From an uncultured Thermoplasmatales archaeon (lineage in GTDB: Archaea > Thermoplasmatota > E2 > DHVEG-1): a DNA stretch of 44,491 nt. A program made the position numbers and the translations under genes. The DNA is taken from assembly GCA_964517155.1 (NCBI GenBank), contig CAZFAZ010000042.1, positions 1 through 44,491 on the forward strand. Direction: 5' to 3'. The number at the start of each line of letters is the position of its first letter. The stretch's first letter is position 1. This document shows, in pieces, positions 1-8,959 of this stretch. The notes under the pieces were generated by a model. That model had not been told where the DNA came from and searched no databases. It worked only from the letters and a program-made list of their open reading frames with translations.

Positions 1-581
1 TCGCCAAAGCTGTTTTTTGCAAGTTGTTTTACAGATGCAAGTGCTTTTTCCATCTGTTTTTCATCTTCGACCATCTGAATTCCAATACCGCCACCACCAG
101 CTGATGCCTTAAGCATCACAGGATATCCTATTTCATGGGCGATATCTTTTGCTTTTTCATGATCTGCGATTGCTTCTGTAACACCAGGGACAACATTTAC
201 TCCTGCTTTAATCATTGATTTTTTAGAATCAATCTTTGAGCACATCAGCTCCATTGATTTTACAGGCGGGCCGATAAACTCTATTCCGTTTTTATGACAC
301 ATACCTGCAAACTCTGCGTTTTCTGCCATAAAACCATATCCCGGATGAATTCCCTCAGCCTGAGTTTTAAGTGCAACATCAATTATTTTTTGTTTCTGAA
401 GATAACTCTGACTTGCAGGACCTGGGCCAATATTGTATTTTTCATCAGCATATTTTACAAAAAGTGCTTTTGCATCGGCATCAGAGTACACTGCAACGGT
501 CGATATTCCTAGTTCTTTGCAGGCTCTCATTATACGAACCGCGATTTCTCCACGGTTTGCTATGAGTACTTTATTAAGCAT
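1..581 (-). CDS. pycA: Biotin carboxylase subunit of pyruvate carboxylase (subunit A), partial; continues past the left edge
   Basis: Not in the ORF track. Minus strand from ATG at 581 reads MLNKVLIANRGEIAVRIMRACKELG...IHPGYGFMAEN...LKASAGGGGIG, the biotin carboxylase signatures. GAGGT SD at 589-593. Lies directly downstream of pycB. Confidence 0.92.
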   Translation of the reverse strand, partial: MLNKVLIANRGEIAVRIMRACKELGISTVAVYSDADAKALFVKYADEKYNIGPGPASQSYLQKQKIIDVALKTQAEGIHPGYGFMAENAEFAGMCHKNGIEFIGPPVKSMELMCSKIDSKKSMIKAGVNVVPGVTEAIADHEKAKDIAHEIGYPVMLKASAGGGGIGIQMVEDEKQMEKALASVKQLAKNSFG

Positions 582-602
582 TATTATTACCTCAAATATC
601 TT

Positions 603-2420
603 TTATAGTACTTGCATTAGAAGGTCGCCATTTGCAACAGATTCGCCTTCTTTAATAAAGATTTCTTTTACTTCGCCTTCTTTTTCAGCTTTAATTTCCT
701 GCTCCATCTTCATTGCTTCAATAGTTGCAATTACATCACCAGTTTTTACTTTGTCACCTTTTTTAACTTTGATAGAAAGAATTGTTCCTTGCATGTTTGA
801 TTTAACGCCACCTTCAACATCTTTTGGTTTTCCACCAGCAACGGCTGGTCCTGCACCGGCTACCATAAATCCACCTGTTGGATTTACTTTTACTTCAAAT
901 GGCTCACCATCGACTTCTACTTCAAACTCGGTTGGAATTTGTGCAGGTCCACTGCGTTCTTCAGGTGCCACTGTTTCAAGCCATATATCTTTGACTTCTG
1001 GAAAACTTTGTTTTACCATACCTCGCGTTAGTTTATGATCGAGAGGTAATGGAAGCTGATCCGATGTAAATTCAGCTTGTGCCTGACCTTTTAAAAATTT
1101 AAGACCGACCTGCGGGTAAATTGCATAAGTCATTACGTTTTCTTCAGTATATTTTACATCACTGTGTTCTTTCAGCTCTGCTTTTCTCTTCTCCCACATT
1201 GGTTCAAGTAGATCTGCTGGTCTGCAGTCGATTACTTCATCTTTCCATTTTGGTCCAAGAACAAGTTTCATTATTTTTGGATCGATTGGAGCAGGTGATT
1301 TTCCATACATTCCTTTACAGTAATCTTTTGTTTCTTTGGTAATAACTTTGTATCTACCATGTAAAACATTCATAACTGCTTGAACACCTACTACTTGACT
1401 AGTTGGAGTGACAAGTGGAGGATAACCGAGTTCCTCGCGAACTTTTGCAGTCTCTATTAGAATTTCCTGATATTTATCTCCTGCGCCTTGTTCTTCAAGT
1501 TGGAAAATTAAGTTTGAAAGCATTCCACCAGGCACCTGGTGAAGTGTTACTGCTGGATCTACTTTGAGTGCATTGAATCTATGAAGATGCCTGTATTTAT
1601 CCCATATTTTCATAAAGTATTTACGAATATCAATGAGAAGCTCTAAATCATAACCTGTATCCCATTTTGTACCCTGAAGTGCTGCAACAACGCTTTCTGT
1701 TGCAGGTGCTGCAGTACCACCAGATATAGGAGACATTGCAGTATCAAGAACGTCTACCCCTGCTTCAACAGCACGTTGATATGCCATACCTGTCATACCA
1801 CTTGTATAATGACTGTGCAGATCAATTGGTATTTTTATCCCTGCATCTTTTACACCTTTAATTATATCATAAGCACGCTGTGGGCTAATCATACCGGCCA
1901 TATCTTTGATACATAGACTGTCGGCACCCATTTTTGATAATATTTTAAACTTATCAACAAAATAATCAACAGTATGAATTGGAGATATTGTATAACTTAA
2001 ACATGCTTGTACATGCCCGCCGTTATCTTTGACCGCTTTCATTGGTACTTCCATATTACGAATATCGTTTAATGCATCAAAAATTCGGAAGTAATCTACA
2101 CCATTCTTTTTTGCTAAAAATATAAATTTTTTAACAATATCATCTGGGAAATTCCAATAAGCAACAATATTCATTGCACGCTCAAGCATCTGCATCGGCG
2201 TGTTTGGCATTGCTTTTTTAAGCTCACGTATACGCTCCCATGGACATTGATTTAAATATCTAATTGGTACATCAAAAGTTGCTCCGCCCCATACTTCCAT
2301 TGAGAAATATCCAACTTTGTCAAGTTTTTCTGCAATTGGAAGCATATCTTCTGTTCTCATTCTTGTTGCAAGCATCGACTGGTGTGCATCTCTAAATATC
2401 ATTTCATGAAGTTCTACCAT
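603..2420 (-). CDS. pycB: Pyruvate carboxylase subunit B (carboxyltransferase plus biotin carrier)
   Basis: Motifs RDAHQS, WGGATFD, CIKDMAG, HSH and LVTPTSQ, plus a C-terminal EAMKM biotinylation site; adjacent to a biotin carboxylase gene. Confidence 0.9.
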   Translation of the reverse strand: MVELHEMIFRDAHQSMLATRMRTEDMLPIAEKLDKVGYFSMEVWGGATFDVPIRYLNQCPWERIRELKKAMPNTPMQMLERAMNIVAYWNFPDDIVKKFIFLAKKNGVDYFRIFDALNDIRNMEVPMKAVKDNGGHVQACLSYTISPIHTVDYFVDKFKILSKMGADSLCIKDMAGMISPQRAYDIIKGVKDAGIKIPIDLHSHYTSGMTGMAYQRAVEAGVDVLDTAMSPISGGTAAPATESVVAALQGTKWDTGYDLELLIDIRKYFMKIWDKYRHLHRFNALKVDPAVTLHQVPGGMLSNLIFQLEEQGAGDKYQEILIETAKVREELGYPPLVTPTSQVVGVQAVMNVLHGRYKVITKETKDYCKGMYGKSPAPIDPKIMKLVLGPKWKDEVIDCRPADLLEPMWEKRKAELKEHSDVKYTEENVMTYAIYPQVGLKFLKGQAQAEFTSDQLPLPLDHKLTRGMVKQSFPEVKDIWLETVAPEERSGPAQIPTEFEVEVDGEPFEVKVNPTGGFMVAGAGPAVAGGKPKDVEGGVKSNMQGTILSIKVKKGDKVKTGDVIATIEAMKMEQEIKAEKEGEVKEIFIKEGESVANGDLLMQVL

Positions 2421-2623
2421 TACTTTTAGCCTCCGGCTTTTTTATTTTTTTATATTAATTAATACCTTGAGATGTGGAATGGTATCTAGTTCCCCTACTT
2501 AAGAATATTGGATTTAAAATAAGATATAGGTTTATTATTTTGGTAATAATTTGGCAATAAACTTTATACCAGAGTTTTTTATTGTGATTCTAATTTAAGA
2601 TGTTTAATCAAGGAGGCTTACTC

Positions 2624-4780
2624 TTGCCAAAAAAATCTGCAATAATAGTTATCGTACTTGGGTTGTTGCTTTTATCTTTTACAGATATATCTATTCCTCT
2701 TTCTAATCCAGGAGAGATATATGAAAAAAATGAAATACTTTTTTATCGTAATGTGACAGTTTATGCACCAGCTGTTGCAAGTACCGATAAAGGATACGTT
2801 GGAGTCATGTCTACTATAACTGTTACTATTCAAAGCCCTGGCAGTGGAAAGGTTTTTGTTGATACTCTTCCTTTGACACAGGTGGATATGCAGGGTTCTG
2901 CACGTCTTGCAGTAAAAGTTGCAAGTGCTCTTGTAAAAAATGATGAGAACTGTGATGTTAATCCATCTCTTTATGATTATTTCTTTGTTGTTCGTACCGA
3001 TGCACCAGTTATTGGAGGACCTAGTGCTGGTGGGATTATGACTGTTGCAACAGTTGCTCTTTTACAAAACTGGTCTTTAGATGAACATACTGTTATGACT
3101 GGTATGATAAACCCTGATGGAAGCATCGGGCCAATTGGCGGCATACTTTATAAAATTGATGCAGCCTATAATGTTGGCGTAAAACGTTTTTTAATTCCAA
3201 AAGGTCAAGGAACCTATCTTGAAACTGTTAGAGAAACTGTAACAAATAATGGATGGACTAGCACCCAGATTAAAACTGTTACACGTAATGTTGTTGATTA
3301 TGTAAAAGAAAAAGGTTATGATATCCAGGTAGTGGAAGTTGAAGATGTTGTTCAAGCAATCAATAATTTTACAGGATATGTTTTTAGTTCTAATTATTAT
3401 GATGGCAAAATGAAAAGCGAAGAATATCTAAATGCTTTTTTTAGTCTTTCAAGTTCATTGCTTGAAGAATCACAAAGTCTATATGAAAATGCTAGTATTT
3501 TGTTTACTGAATCAAGTGATAATATTCCTAATCGAGTTATGGATTGGGATCGTTTTACTTGGATTTATCCAAATAGCGAAATAAAAAATTTTTTAGATCA
3601 AGCTAAGCTTTTAAAAGATGAATCTGAGACATGGTTTGAACGAGAAATGTATTATACTAGCACAACTAAATCGTTTTTATCTCTTATAAACTCCAGATAT
3701 GTAATATATGCCTGTAATTATTATAACACAGATGAAGATGATAGAGATAATTATGTGAGTAATTTAATAGATGAAGTTAGTAGTCATCATGAAGTTAAAA
3801 AAAATCTTGCAAGAAATAGTAGTATTACTGGTTTTGTAACTTTGCAATGTATAGGTGGTGCTCAGAAACGTGCTTCTGAAGCAAGTGACTATTTAACACT
3901 AGCTGAAAATAAGTATGAACAAGAGGAATATTTGTCCGGCTTAGAATATCTAGCACGAGCAAATGAACGCAGTGACAGTGTAGGCTGGTGGATTAATCTA
4001 ACAAGTTTTTTTAATGAAACAGATGAAATACATATATCTGATATTGACAGTCTTGCTATTGAATACATAGAAGAAGCACAGCAGGCTATAATATATTCAA
4101 GCATTCTTTTGGAGGAATTAGGCACAAGTTCAAATTATTTATCTGGTGCTCAAAATATGCTTGAAGATGCTAGAACTGAAAGAGAAAATGGTTATCCTGC
4201 AGCTGCCCTTTTTGAAGCACTTGATGCAATAACAAAAGCAAATCTTGAAATTGAAACAATTGGCATCAGCAGTGAAAATGAATACAGAGAAAAAATAAAC
4301 AGGATTAATAATAGTGCTGTTGAAAGTATTTTAAAAAGTGTAGGATACGGCATTAAACCTATACTACCAGTATGCTATTATGAATATGCAGATAGCCTTC
4401 TTGATGAAAAAGACCTTACAACAGCACTTTTCTATTATCGTTTTAGCGGAATGATTGCAGGTGCTCTAAGTTTTACAAATATCAGCAAAGGTGCGATTTC
4501 TTCAAGATATGAAGGTTTTCCTAAATTTAATTCACCTGTTAGATACAAAATTGATTTTAGTTTCTTGTTAGTTATTTTTGGTTTTGGCGCCCTTGCGGGA
4601 TTAGGTTTAGGCCTGCTAATTGCAGGTTTATTTAATAATTCTTCAAAAGATGATACGAAAATAACAAAAGAAAAAAAGACTTATGACGGCAGCACTTCAT
4701 ATACAAGCTATAAAGGCTACAGTTATCCAAATAATGAAATACCAAGAAGTATTAAAGATTATTACAGGAAAAACAAATAA
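2624..4780 (+). CDS. Membrane-anchored archaeal S16 (Lon-C-like) serine protease lacking an AAA+ domain
   Basis: GGPSAGG (catalytic Ser) and GPIGGILYK (Lys of the dyad); hydrophobic N-terminus and a C-terminal TM helix. Start moved to TTG 2624 because AGGAGG lies at 2611-2616. Confidence 0.8.
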   Translation: MPKKSAIIVIVLGLLLLSFTDISIPLSNPGEIYEKNEILFYRNVTVYAPAVASTDKGYVGVMSTITVTIQSPGSGKVFVDTLPLTQVDMQGSARLAVKVASALVKNDENCDVNPSLYDYFFVVRTDAPVIGGPSAGGIMTVATVALLQNWSLDEHTVMTGMINPDGSIGPIGGILYKIDAAYNVGVKRFLIPKGQGTYLETVRETVTNNGWTSTQIKTVTRNVVDYVKEKGYDIQVVEVEDVVQAINNFTGYVFSSNYYDGKMKSEEYLNAFFSLSSSLLEESQSLYENASILFTESSDNIPNRVMDWDRFTWIYPNSEIKNFLDQAKLLKDESETWFEREMYYTSTTKSFLSLINSRYVIYACNYYNTDEDDRDNYVSNLIDEVSSHHEVKKNLARNSSITGFVTLQCIGGAQKRASEASDYLTLAENKYEQEEYLSGLEYLARANERSDSVGWWINLTSFFNETDEIHISDIDSLAIEYIEEAQQAIIYSSILLEELGTSSNYLSGAQNMLEDARTERENGYPAAALFEALDAITKANLEIETIGISSENEYREKINRINNSAVESILKSVGYGIKPILPVCYYEYADSLLDEKDLTTALFYYRFSGMIAGALSFTNISKGAISSRYEGFPKFNSPVRYKIDFSFLLVIFGFGALAGLGLGLLIAGLFNNSSKDDTKITKEKKTYDGSTSYTSYKGYSYPNNEIPRSIKDYYRKNK

Positions 4781-4811
4781 TACTAGTTTTTAATAATGGT
4801 TTTTTGTAAAA

Positions 4812-5846
4812 ATGAAAATACAAGGCACTTTTATAGACGAAAAAATAATTGTTCAAAGAGCAAAAGACGTAGGCAGACTTTTTAATAAAAGTCATTTCGG
4901 CAGGCCTCTTAAAGACAACAAGCTTCAGCTTGATTTTATTGAAGGCTGTTTTTTAATTGATGAAGATAAAATAAGTATAACAAAAGACGAAAAAAAATTA
5001 AGTTTTGATGAGCTTGTATCAATTGCTGTAAGAAAAAATTTAGATTTTGATGTAAAGTATATTGTTTTTAAAGACATTAAAAATAGAGGACATTCGGTAA
5101 CGCTTTATGATGAAATTAAAGGAGTTACTTTTTATGATTTTAAAAAAGAATTTTTTGTCTGTGTTTTTTCTGAAAACAGTTTATTTAACGTAAAAGAAAC
5201 AATTAATCTTATATGCAAAGTTGTAAAAAAAGATGTAAAACTTTGGTTTGCCGTAGTTGACTCTGAAGGTGATGTTACATACTATGATGTTTCAATAGTT
5301 GATTTTAAAGGTTTTAATAAAAAAGCAAAATATACAAAAAACAAAGGTTTTTTGCTTGATAATTCTATTATTGTTTTTGATGAAAAACTAAAAAATAATT
5401 TATTTGAAAAAGAGTTTTTCGGCAAACCTTTTGGCAGTGGACTGCGTCTTTCTTTTGTTGAAGGTTTGTATCTTTCTGATGAGAAAATCTTAGATATTGT
5501 AGATATTAAAAAAAAAGACATTTCTCGCAAGGATTTTATCCAAAAAATAAAAAAGATAGATCCTATGTTTGATGAAAGGTTTAAAGTATATTGCGATTTG
5601 AAAAAACGTGGGCTTATTACTAAAACAGGTTTTAAGTTTGGCACTGATTTCCGATGCTATACACGCAGTCCAGATGAGATTCATGCGGAATATCTGGTTC
5701 ATATGGTTGATGAGAAATTCAAAAGTGCTTGGTCTGAGATGAGTCGCGCCATTCGCCTTGCTCATTCTGTTAATAAAGAAATTATTTTTGCTTGTGTTGA
5801 AAAAGATAAGATTGAATACATAAAATTTGGTCGTTTAAAGCCATAA
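4812..5846 (+). CDS. endA: tRNA-intron splicing endonuclease, two-unit (alpha2 homodimer) type
   Basis: The C-terminal unit has GFKFGTDFRCY...HAEYLV...AHSVNK (Tyr/His/Lys triad). The N-terminal unit is a degenerate repeat ending AVVDSEGDVTYY. Confidence 0.9.
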   Translation: MKIQGTFIDEKIIVQRAKDVGRLFNKSHFGRPLKDNKLQLDFIEGCFLIDEDKISITKDEKKLSFDELVSIAVRKNLDFDVKYIVFKDIKNRGHSVTLYDEIKGVTFYDFKKEFFVCVFSENSLFNVKETINLICKVVKKDVKLWFAVVDSEGDVTYYDVSIVDFKGFNKKAKYTKNKGFLLDNSIIVFDEKLKNNLFEKEFFGKPFGSGLRLSFVEGLYLSDEKILDIVDIKKKDISRKDFIQKIKKIDPMFDERFKVYCDLKKRGLITKTGFKFGTDFRCYTRSPDEIHAEYLVHMVDEKFKSAWSEMSRAIRLAHSVNKEIIFACVEKDKIEYIKFGRLKP

Positions 5847-5903
5847 TTTTTTTATAACAAGTTTGTGTTATAGATAGTTTACCGGGGGAGGAAAAAGAAT
5901 AGT

Positions 5904-6542
5904 ATGTTACAGATACGTTGGCATGGTCATGCATGCTTTGAAGTAACTAATGATAAAATATTGGTTACAGACCCGCATGATGGTAAAAGCATAGGTATTC
6001 CTACACCTAGTGTGCAAGGCGACATAATACTTGTTTCTCATGATCATTATGACCATAATAGTGTAAAAACAGTTGAAAAAACAGGTAGTAAAGTTGTTAC
6101 GGATGGGCGTAAGCGCAATATCGATGGTGTAGAAGTTTTTGGAATAGATGCATTTCATGATGAGGAAAAAGGTGCTAAACGTGGTAACAATATAATGTTT
6201 AAATTTACAATTGATAACATAAGTTTTTGTCATCTTGGAGATTTAGGACATATACTAGATGATGAAACTGCTTCTAAAATTGGGGATGTCGATGTATTAT
6301 TTATTCCAGTTGGAGGAACATTTACGATTGATGATAAAAAAGCATGGAATGTTATTAAAAAAATTAAGCCAAAAATAGTTATCCCTATGCATTATAAAAT
6401 AGGTGGGCTTAGTCTGCCAATCTCAGGAATAGATGCTTTTCTTGAACAGAATCCTTATCGTGTTTTACATGTTGGAAATGAAATAGATATAGAAAAAGAA
6501 GATTTACCAGATGAGCCTGAGGTTTGGATTTTTACTCTTTAA
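5904..6542 (+). CDS. Metallo-beta-lactamase-fold hydrolase
   Basis: Motifs WHGHACF, SHDHYDH, HLGDLG, PVGG and IPMHY. Confidence 0.88.
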   Translation: MLQIRWHGHACFEVTNDKILVTDPHDGKSIGIPTPSVQGDIILVSHDHYDHNSVKTVEKTGSKVVTDGRKRNIDGVEVFGIDAFHDEEKGAKRGNNIMFKFTIDNISFCHLGDLGHILDDETASKIGDVDVLFIPVGGTFTIDDKKAWNVIKKIKPKIVIPMHYKIGGLSLPISGIDAFLEQNPYRVLHVGNEIDIEKEDLPDEPEVWIFTL

Positions 6543-7497
6543 TTTCAGGGTTAACGCAGTTGGTTGGTGTTTCACCTTTTAAACCCATCAACATGTTTTC
6601 TGCAGCCATAATCGCCATTTTTGTCCTTGTTTCTGTTGTTGCAGACGCAGAATGAGGCTGTAATATAGCATTATCAAGTTTCAAAAGTTTTTTGTTTATC
6701 TCAGGCTCATGCTCATAAACATCTAATCCTGCTCCAAAAATCCATTTATTTTGTAATGCTTTTGCAAGTGCTTGCTCATCAACTATTGGACCGCGAGATG
6801 TGTTAATTAATATCGCTGTTTTTTTCATCATTTTAAATTCTTCTTCAGATATTATGTGATATGTTGAATCAAGTAAAGGGACATGAATTGAGATAAAGTC
6901 AGATTTATTTAAAAGAGTGTATAAATCCACTTTTTCTGCACCTATTTTTTCTTCCAATTCTTTATTTGCATTTGTGTCATAATAAATAACTTTCATATCA
7001 AATCCTTTGGATTTAAGGGCAAAAGTAGTTCCAATCCGCCCTGTTCCAATAACTCCAAGTGTTTTACCTTTTACATCTTGACCATGCATAAGCATTGGCG
7101 CCCAACCTTTGAATTTACCCGCTCTTGTAAATTTATCTGCTTCTACGATTCTGCGGGCAACTGAAAAAAGTAATGCCCATGCCATCTCAGCTGTTGTATC
7201 TGTTAAAACATCTGGTGTGTTACTGACAGGTATTTTGTGTTTAGTCGCTGTTTTTATATCTATATTGTTATAGCCTACAGCATAGTTTGCAATCATCTTA
7301 AGCTTTGGTTCTGATTCTATTATTTCTTTATCAATTGTATCTGTTAGAAGACATAAAAGCCCATCCTTTCCTTTGAGTCCAGTTATTATTTCTTTTTTTG
7401 AAAGAACTTTATCATGTGGATTTATTTGTATTTCATGGTATTTTCTTAAAATTTTAAGACCCGGCTCTGGTATTTTACGGGTTACAAATATCTTCAT
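6532..7497 (-). CDS. gyaR: Glyoxylate reductase / D-glycerate dehydrogenase (D-2-hydroxyacid dehydrogenase family)
   Basis: Motifs AVGYNNID, NTPDVLT, GTGRIG (Rossmann fold), INTSRG, LDVYEHEP and PHSAS. Confidence 0.85.
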   Translation of the reverse strand: MKIFVTRKIPEPGLKILRKYHEIQINPHDKVLSKKEIITGLKGKDGLLCLLTDTIDKEIIESEPKLKMIANYAVGYNNIDIKTATKHKIPVSNTPDVLTDTTAEMAWALLFSVARRIVEADKFTRAGKFKGWAPMLMHGQDVKGKTLGVIGTGRIGTTFALKSKGFDMKVIYYDTNANKELEEKIGAEKVDLYTLLNKSDFISIHVPLLDSTYHIISEEEFKMMKKTAILINTSRGPIVDEQALAKALQNKWIFGAGLDVYEHEPEINKKLLKLDNAILQPHSASATTETRTKMAIMAAENMLMGLKGETPTNCVNPEIKE

Positions 7498-7503
7498 TTT
7501 TTT

Positions 7504-7956
7504 TTACACCTCCTCTTTTATAGTCTCAAAACATGCAAATGTAAATGTTCTTCCTACGCCTTTAAGTGTCCTAAGTTTATCTACGACTAATTTACCGATT
7601 TCTTTAAGTGAACTGCCTCTTACTTTTAATAAAAGATCGTATTCACCTGATATTATGTGTACTTCTGAAATACCTGTTAGTTTGCCTATTTTTTTTGCTA
7701 GTTCTCTTTGCGATACTTCAACATTTGCTTGAAATCCTATAAAAACAAATACTTCTGTTGGAAAACCAATTTTTTTATAATCAATATTTACACTGAAGTT
7801 TTTTATTATCCCATTTTTTTGCATTTTTTGTATTCTATCATGTACTGTTACTCTAGGTATTGAAATATTCTTTGCTATATTTTTTGTAAAGTTACGGGAA
7901 TTTTTTTTAAGTTCATCAAGTATCTTTTTGTCTTTTTCATCAATCATAACTAACAT
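7504..7956 (-). CDS. Lrp/AsnC family transcriptional regulator
   Basis: IDEKDKKILDELKKNSR...TVHDRIQKM...GII helix-turn-helix and ISGEYDLLLKV RAM domain. Confidence 0.92.
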   Translation of the reverse strand: MLVMIDEKDKKILDELKKNSRNFTKNIAKNISIPRVTVHDRIQKMQKNGIIKNFSVNIDYKKIGFPTEVFVFIGFQANVEVSQRELAKKIGKLTGISEVHIISGEYDLLLKVRGSSLKEIGKLVVDKLRTLKGVGRTFTFACFETIKEEV

Positions 7957-7981
7957 TATGTCGGTTTTACTTTATATTTTT

Positions 7982-7995
7982 TACTATTTTTAGTA
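7982..7995. promoter_or_regulatory. Short inverted repeat TACTA-TTTT-TAGTA in the divergent Lrp/asparagine synthetase intergenic region; possible operator
   Basis: Perfect 5-bp arms around a T4 core between two divergent starts. Short and AT-rich, so weak evidence. Confidence 0.25.
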
Positions 7996-8053
7996 TTTTT
8001 GACGAAAAAAATAACACTATGATTAAATAGTCTGAATTGTAAATACAAAATAT

Positions 8054-8947
8054 ATGAAAACAAAAAAACAAGCAATACTTAAAGTTCAAAGCAAAATAAG
8101 AAGAATACTTGCAGAATATTTAGAATCAAAAGATTTCATCGAAATAAACCCTGTAATACTCTCACCAATGACTGATCCATTGAACCACCCAACAACACCT
8201 GGAAACATAACCTGCTATGGACAAAAATATCATCTAACACAAAGTATGATATTTCACAAACAAGTAGCACTAAAAACACTTGAAAAAATATTTGTTTTCT
8301 CACCAAACATGAGATTAGAGCCAAAAGATAGAGGTAAAACAGGAAGACATCTATTTGAATTTACACAATTGGACTTAGAAATAAAAAATGCTTCAAGAGA
8401 GGATATAATAAAACTATGCGAAGAAATGCTTATGACTCTTATAAAAACCATTAAAAAAGGCTGCAAAAAAGAACTAAAAATCCTAGATAGAACAATCAAA
8501 ACACCCAAATCTCCTTTTAAAAGAATAACATATAAAGAAGCATATGAAAGATATGGGCAAGATTTTGAAACAAAGCTTTCTAAAAAATACAAAGAACCAA
8601 TCTGGGTTATAGACATGCCAATAATGCATCGTGAATTCTACGACAGAGAACATAAAGACAAACCAGGTTTTCTTGCAGACATGGATCTCATATATCCTGA
8701 AGAATATGGCGAGGCACTCTCAGGTGGCGAAAGAGAATATGAGTATAAACGAATAAAAAAACGCATGAGAATAAAAGGTAAAAAATGCTCTGAGTTTAAA
8801 ACATATTTAGACTATGCTGCTAAAGGATTACCAAAATCAGCAGGTTTTGGAATAGGAATTGAGAGGCTTACTAGATACGTTTGTGGACTTAAAAGAATAG
8901 AAGAGACATCGCTTTTTCCAAAGATTCCTGGTAAAGCGTGCATCTAA
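8054..8947 (+). CDS. asnA: Archaeal-type ammonia-dependent asparagine synthetase (AsnRS-like catalytic core with no anticodon domain)
   Basis: 297 aa with class IIb aaRS motifs (SPNMRLE...RHLFEFTQLDLE; EALSGGERE; SAGFGIGIERL), TDPL and LTQSMIFHKQ; no N-terminal OB fold. Confidence 0.85.
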   Translation: MKTKKQAILKVQSKIRRILAEYLESKDFIEINPVILSPMTDPLNHPTTPGNITCYGQKYHLTQSMIFHKQVALKTLEKIFVFSPNMRLEPKDRGKTGRHLFEFTQLDLEIKNASREDIIKLCEEMLMTLIKTIKKGCKKELKILDRTIKTPKSPFKRITYKEAYERYGQDFETKLSKKYKEPIWVIDMPIMHREFYDREHKDKPGFLADMDLIYPEEYGEALSGGEREYEYKRIKKRMRIKGKKCSEFKTYLDYAAKGLPKSAGFGIGIERLTRYVCGLKRIEETSLFPKIPGKACI

Positions 8948-8959
8948 ATTTTAGTTTGG

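Noticed and set aside
294..1342. Plus-strand ORFs at 294, 371, 433 and 1121, and the many similar short antisense ORFs across the window
   Set aside because: They are shadows of well-supported genes on the opposite strand, with no SD or recognisable motifs.
8054..8947. Asparaginyl- or aspartyl-tRNA synthetase
   Set aside because: No anticodon-binding domain; size and motifs fit the archaeal asparagine synthetase paralogue.
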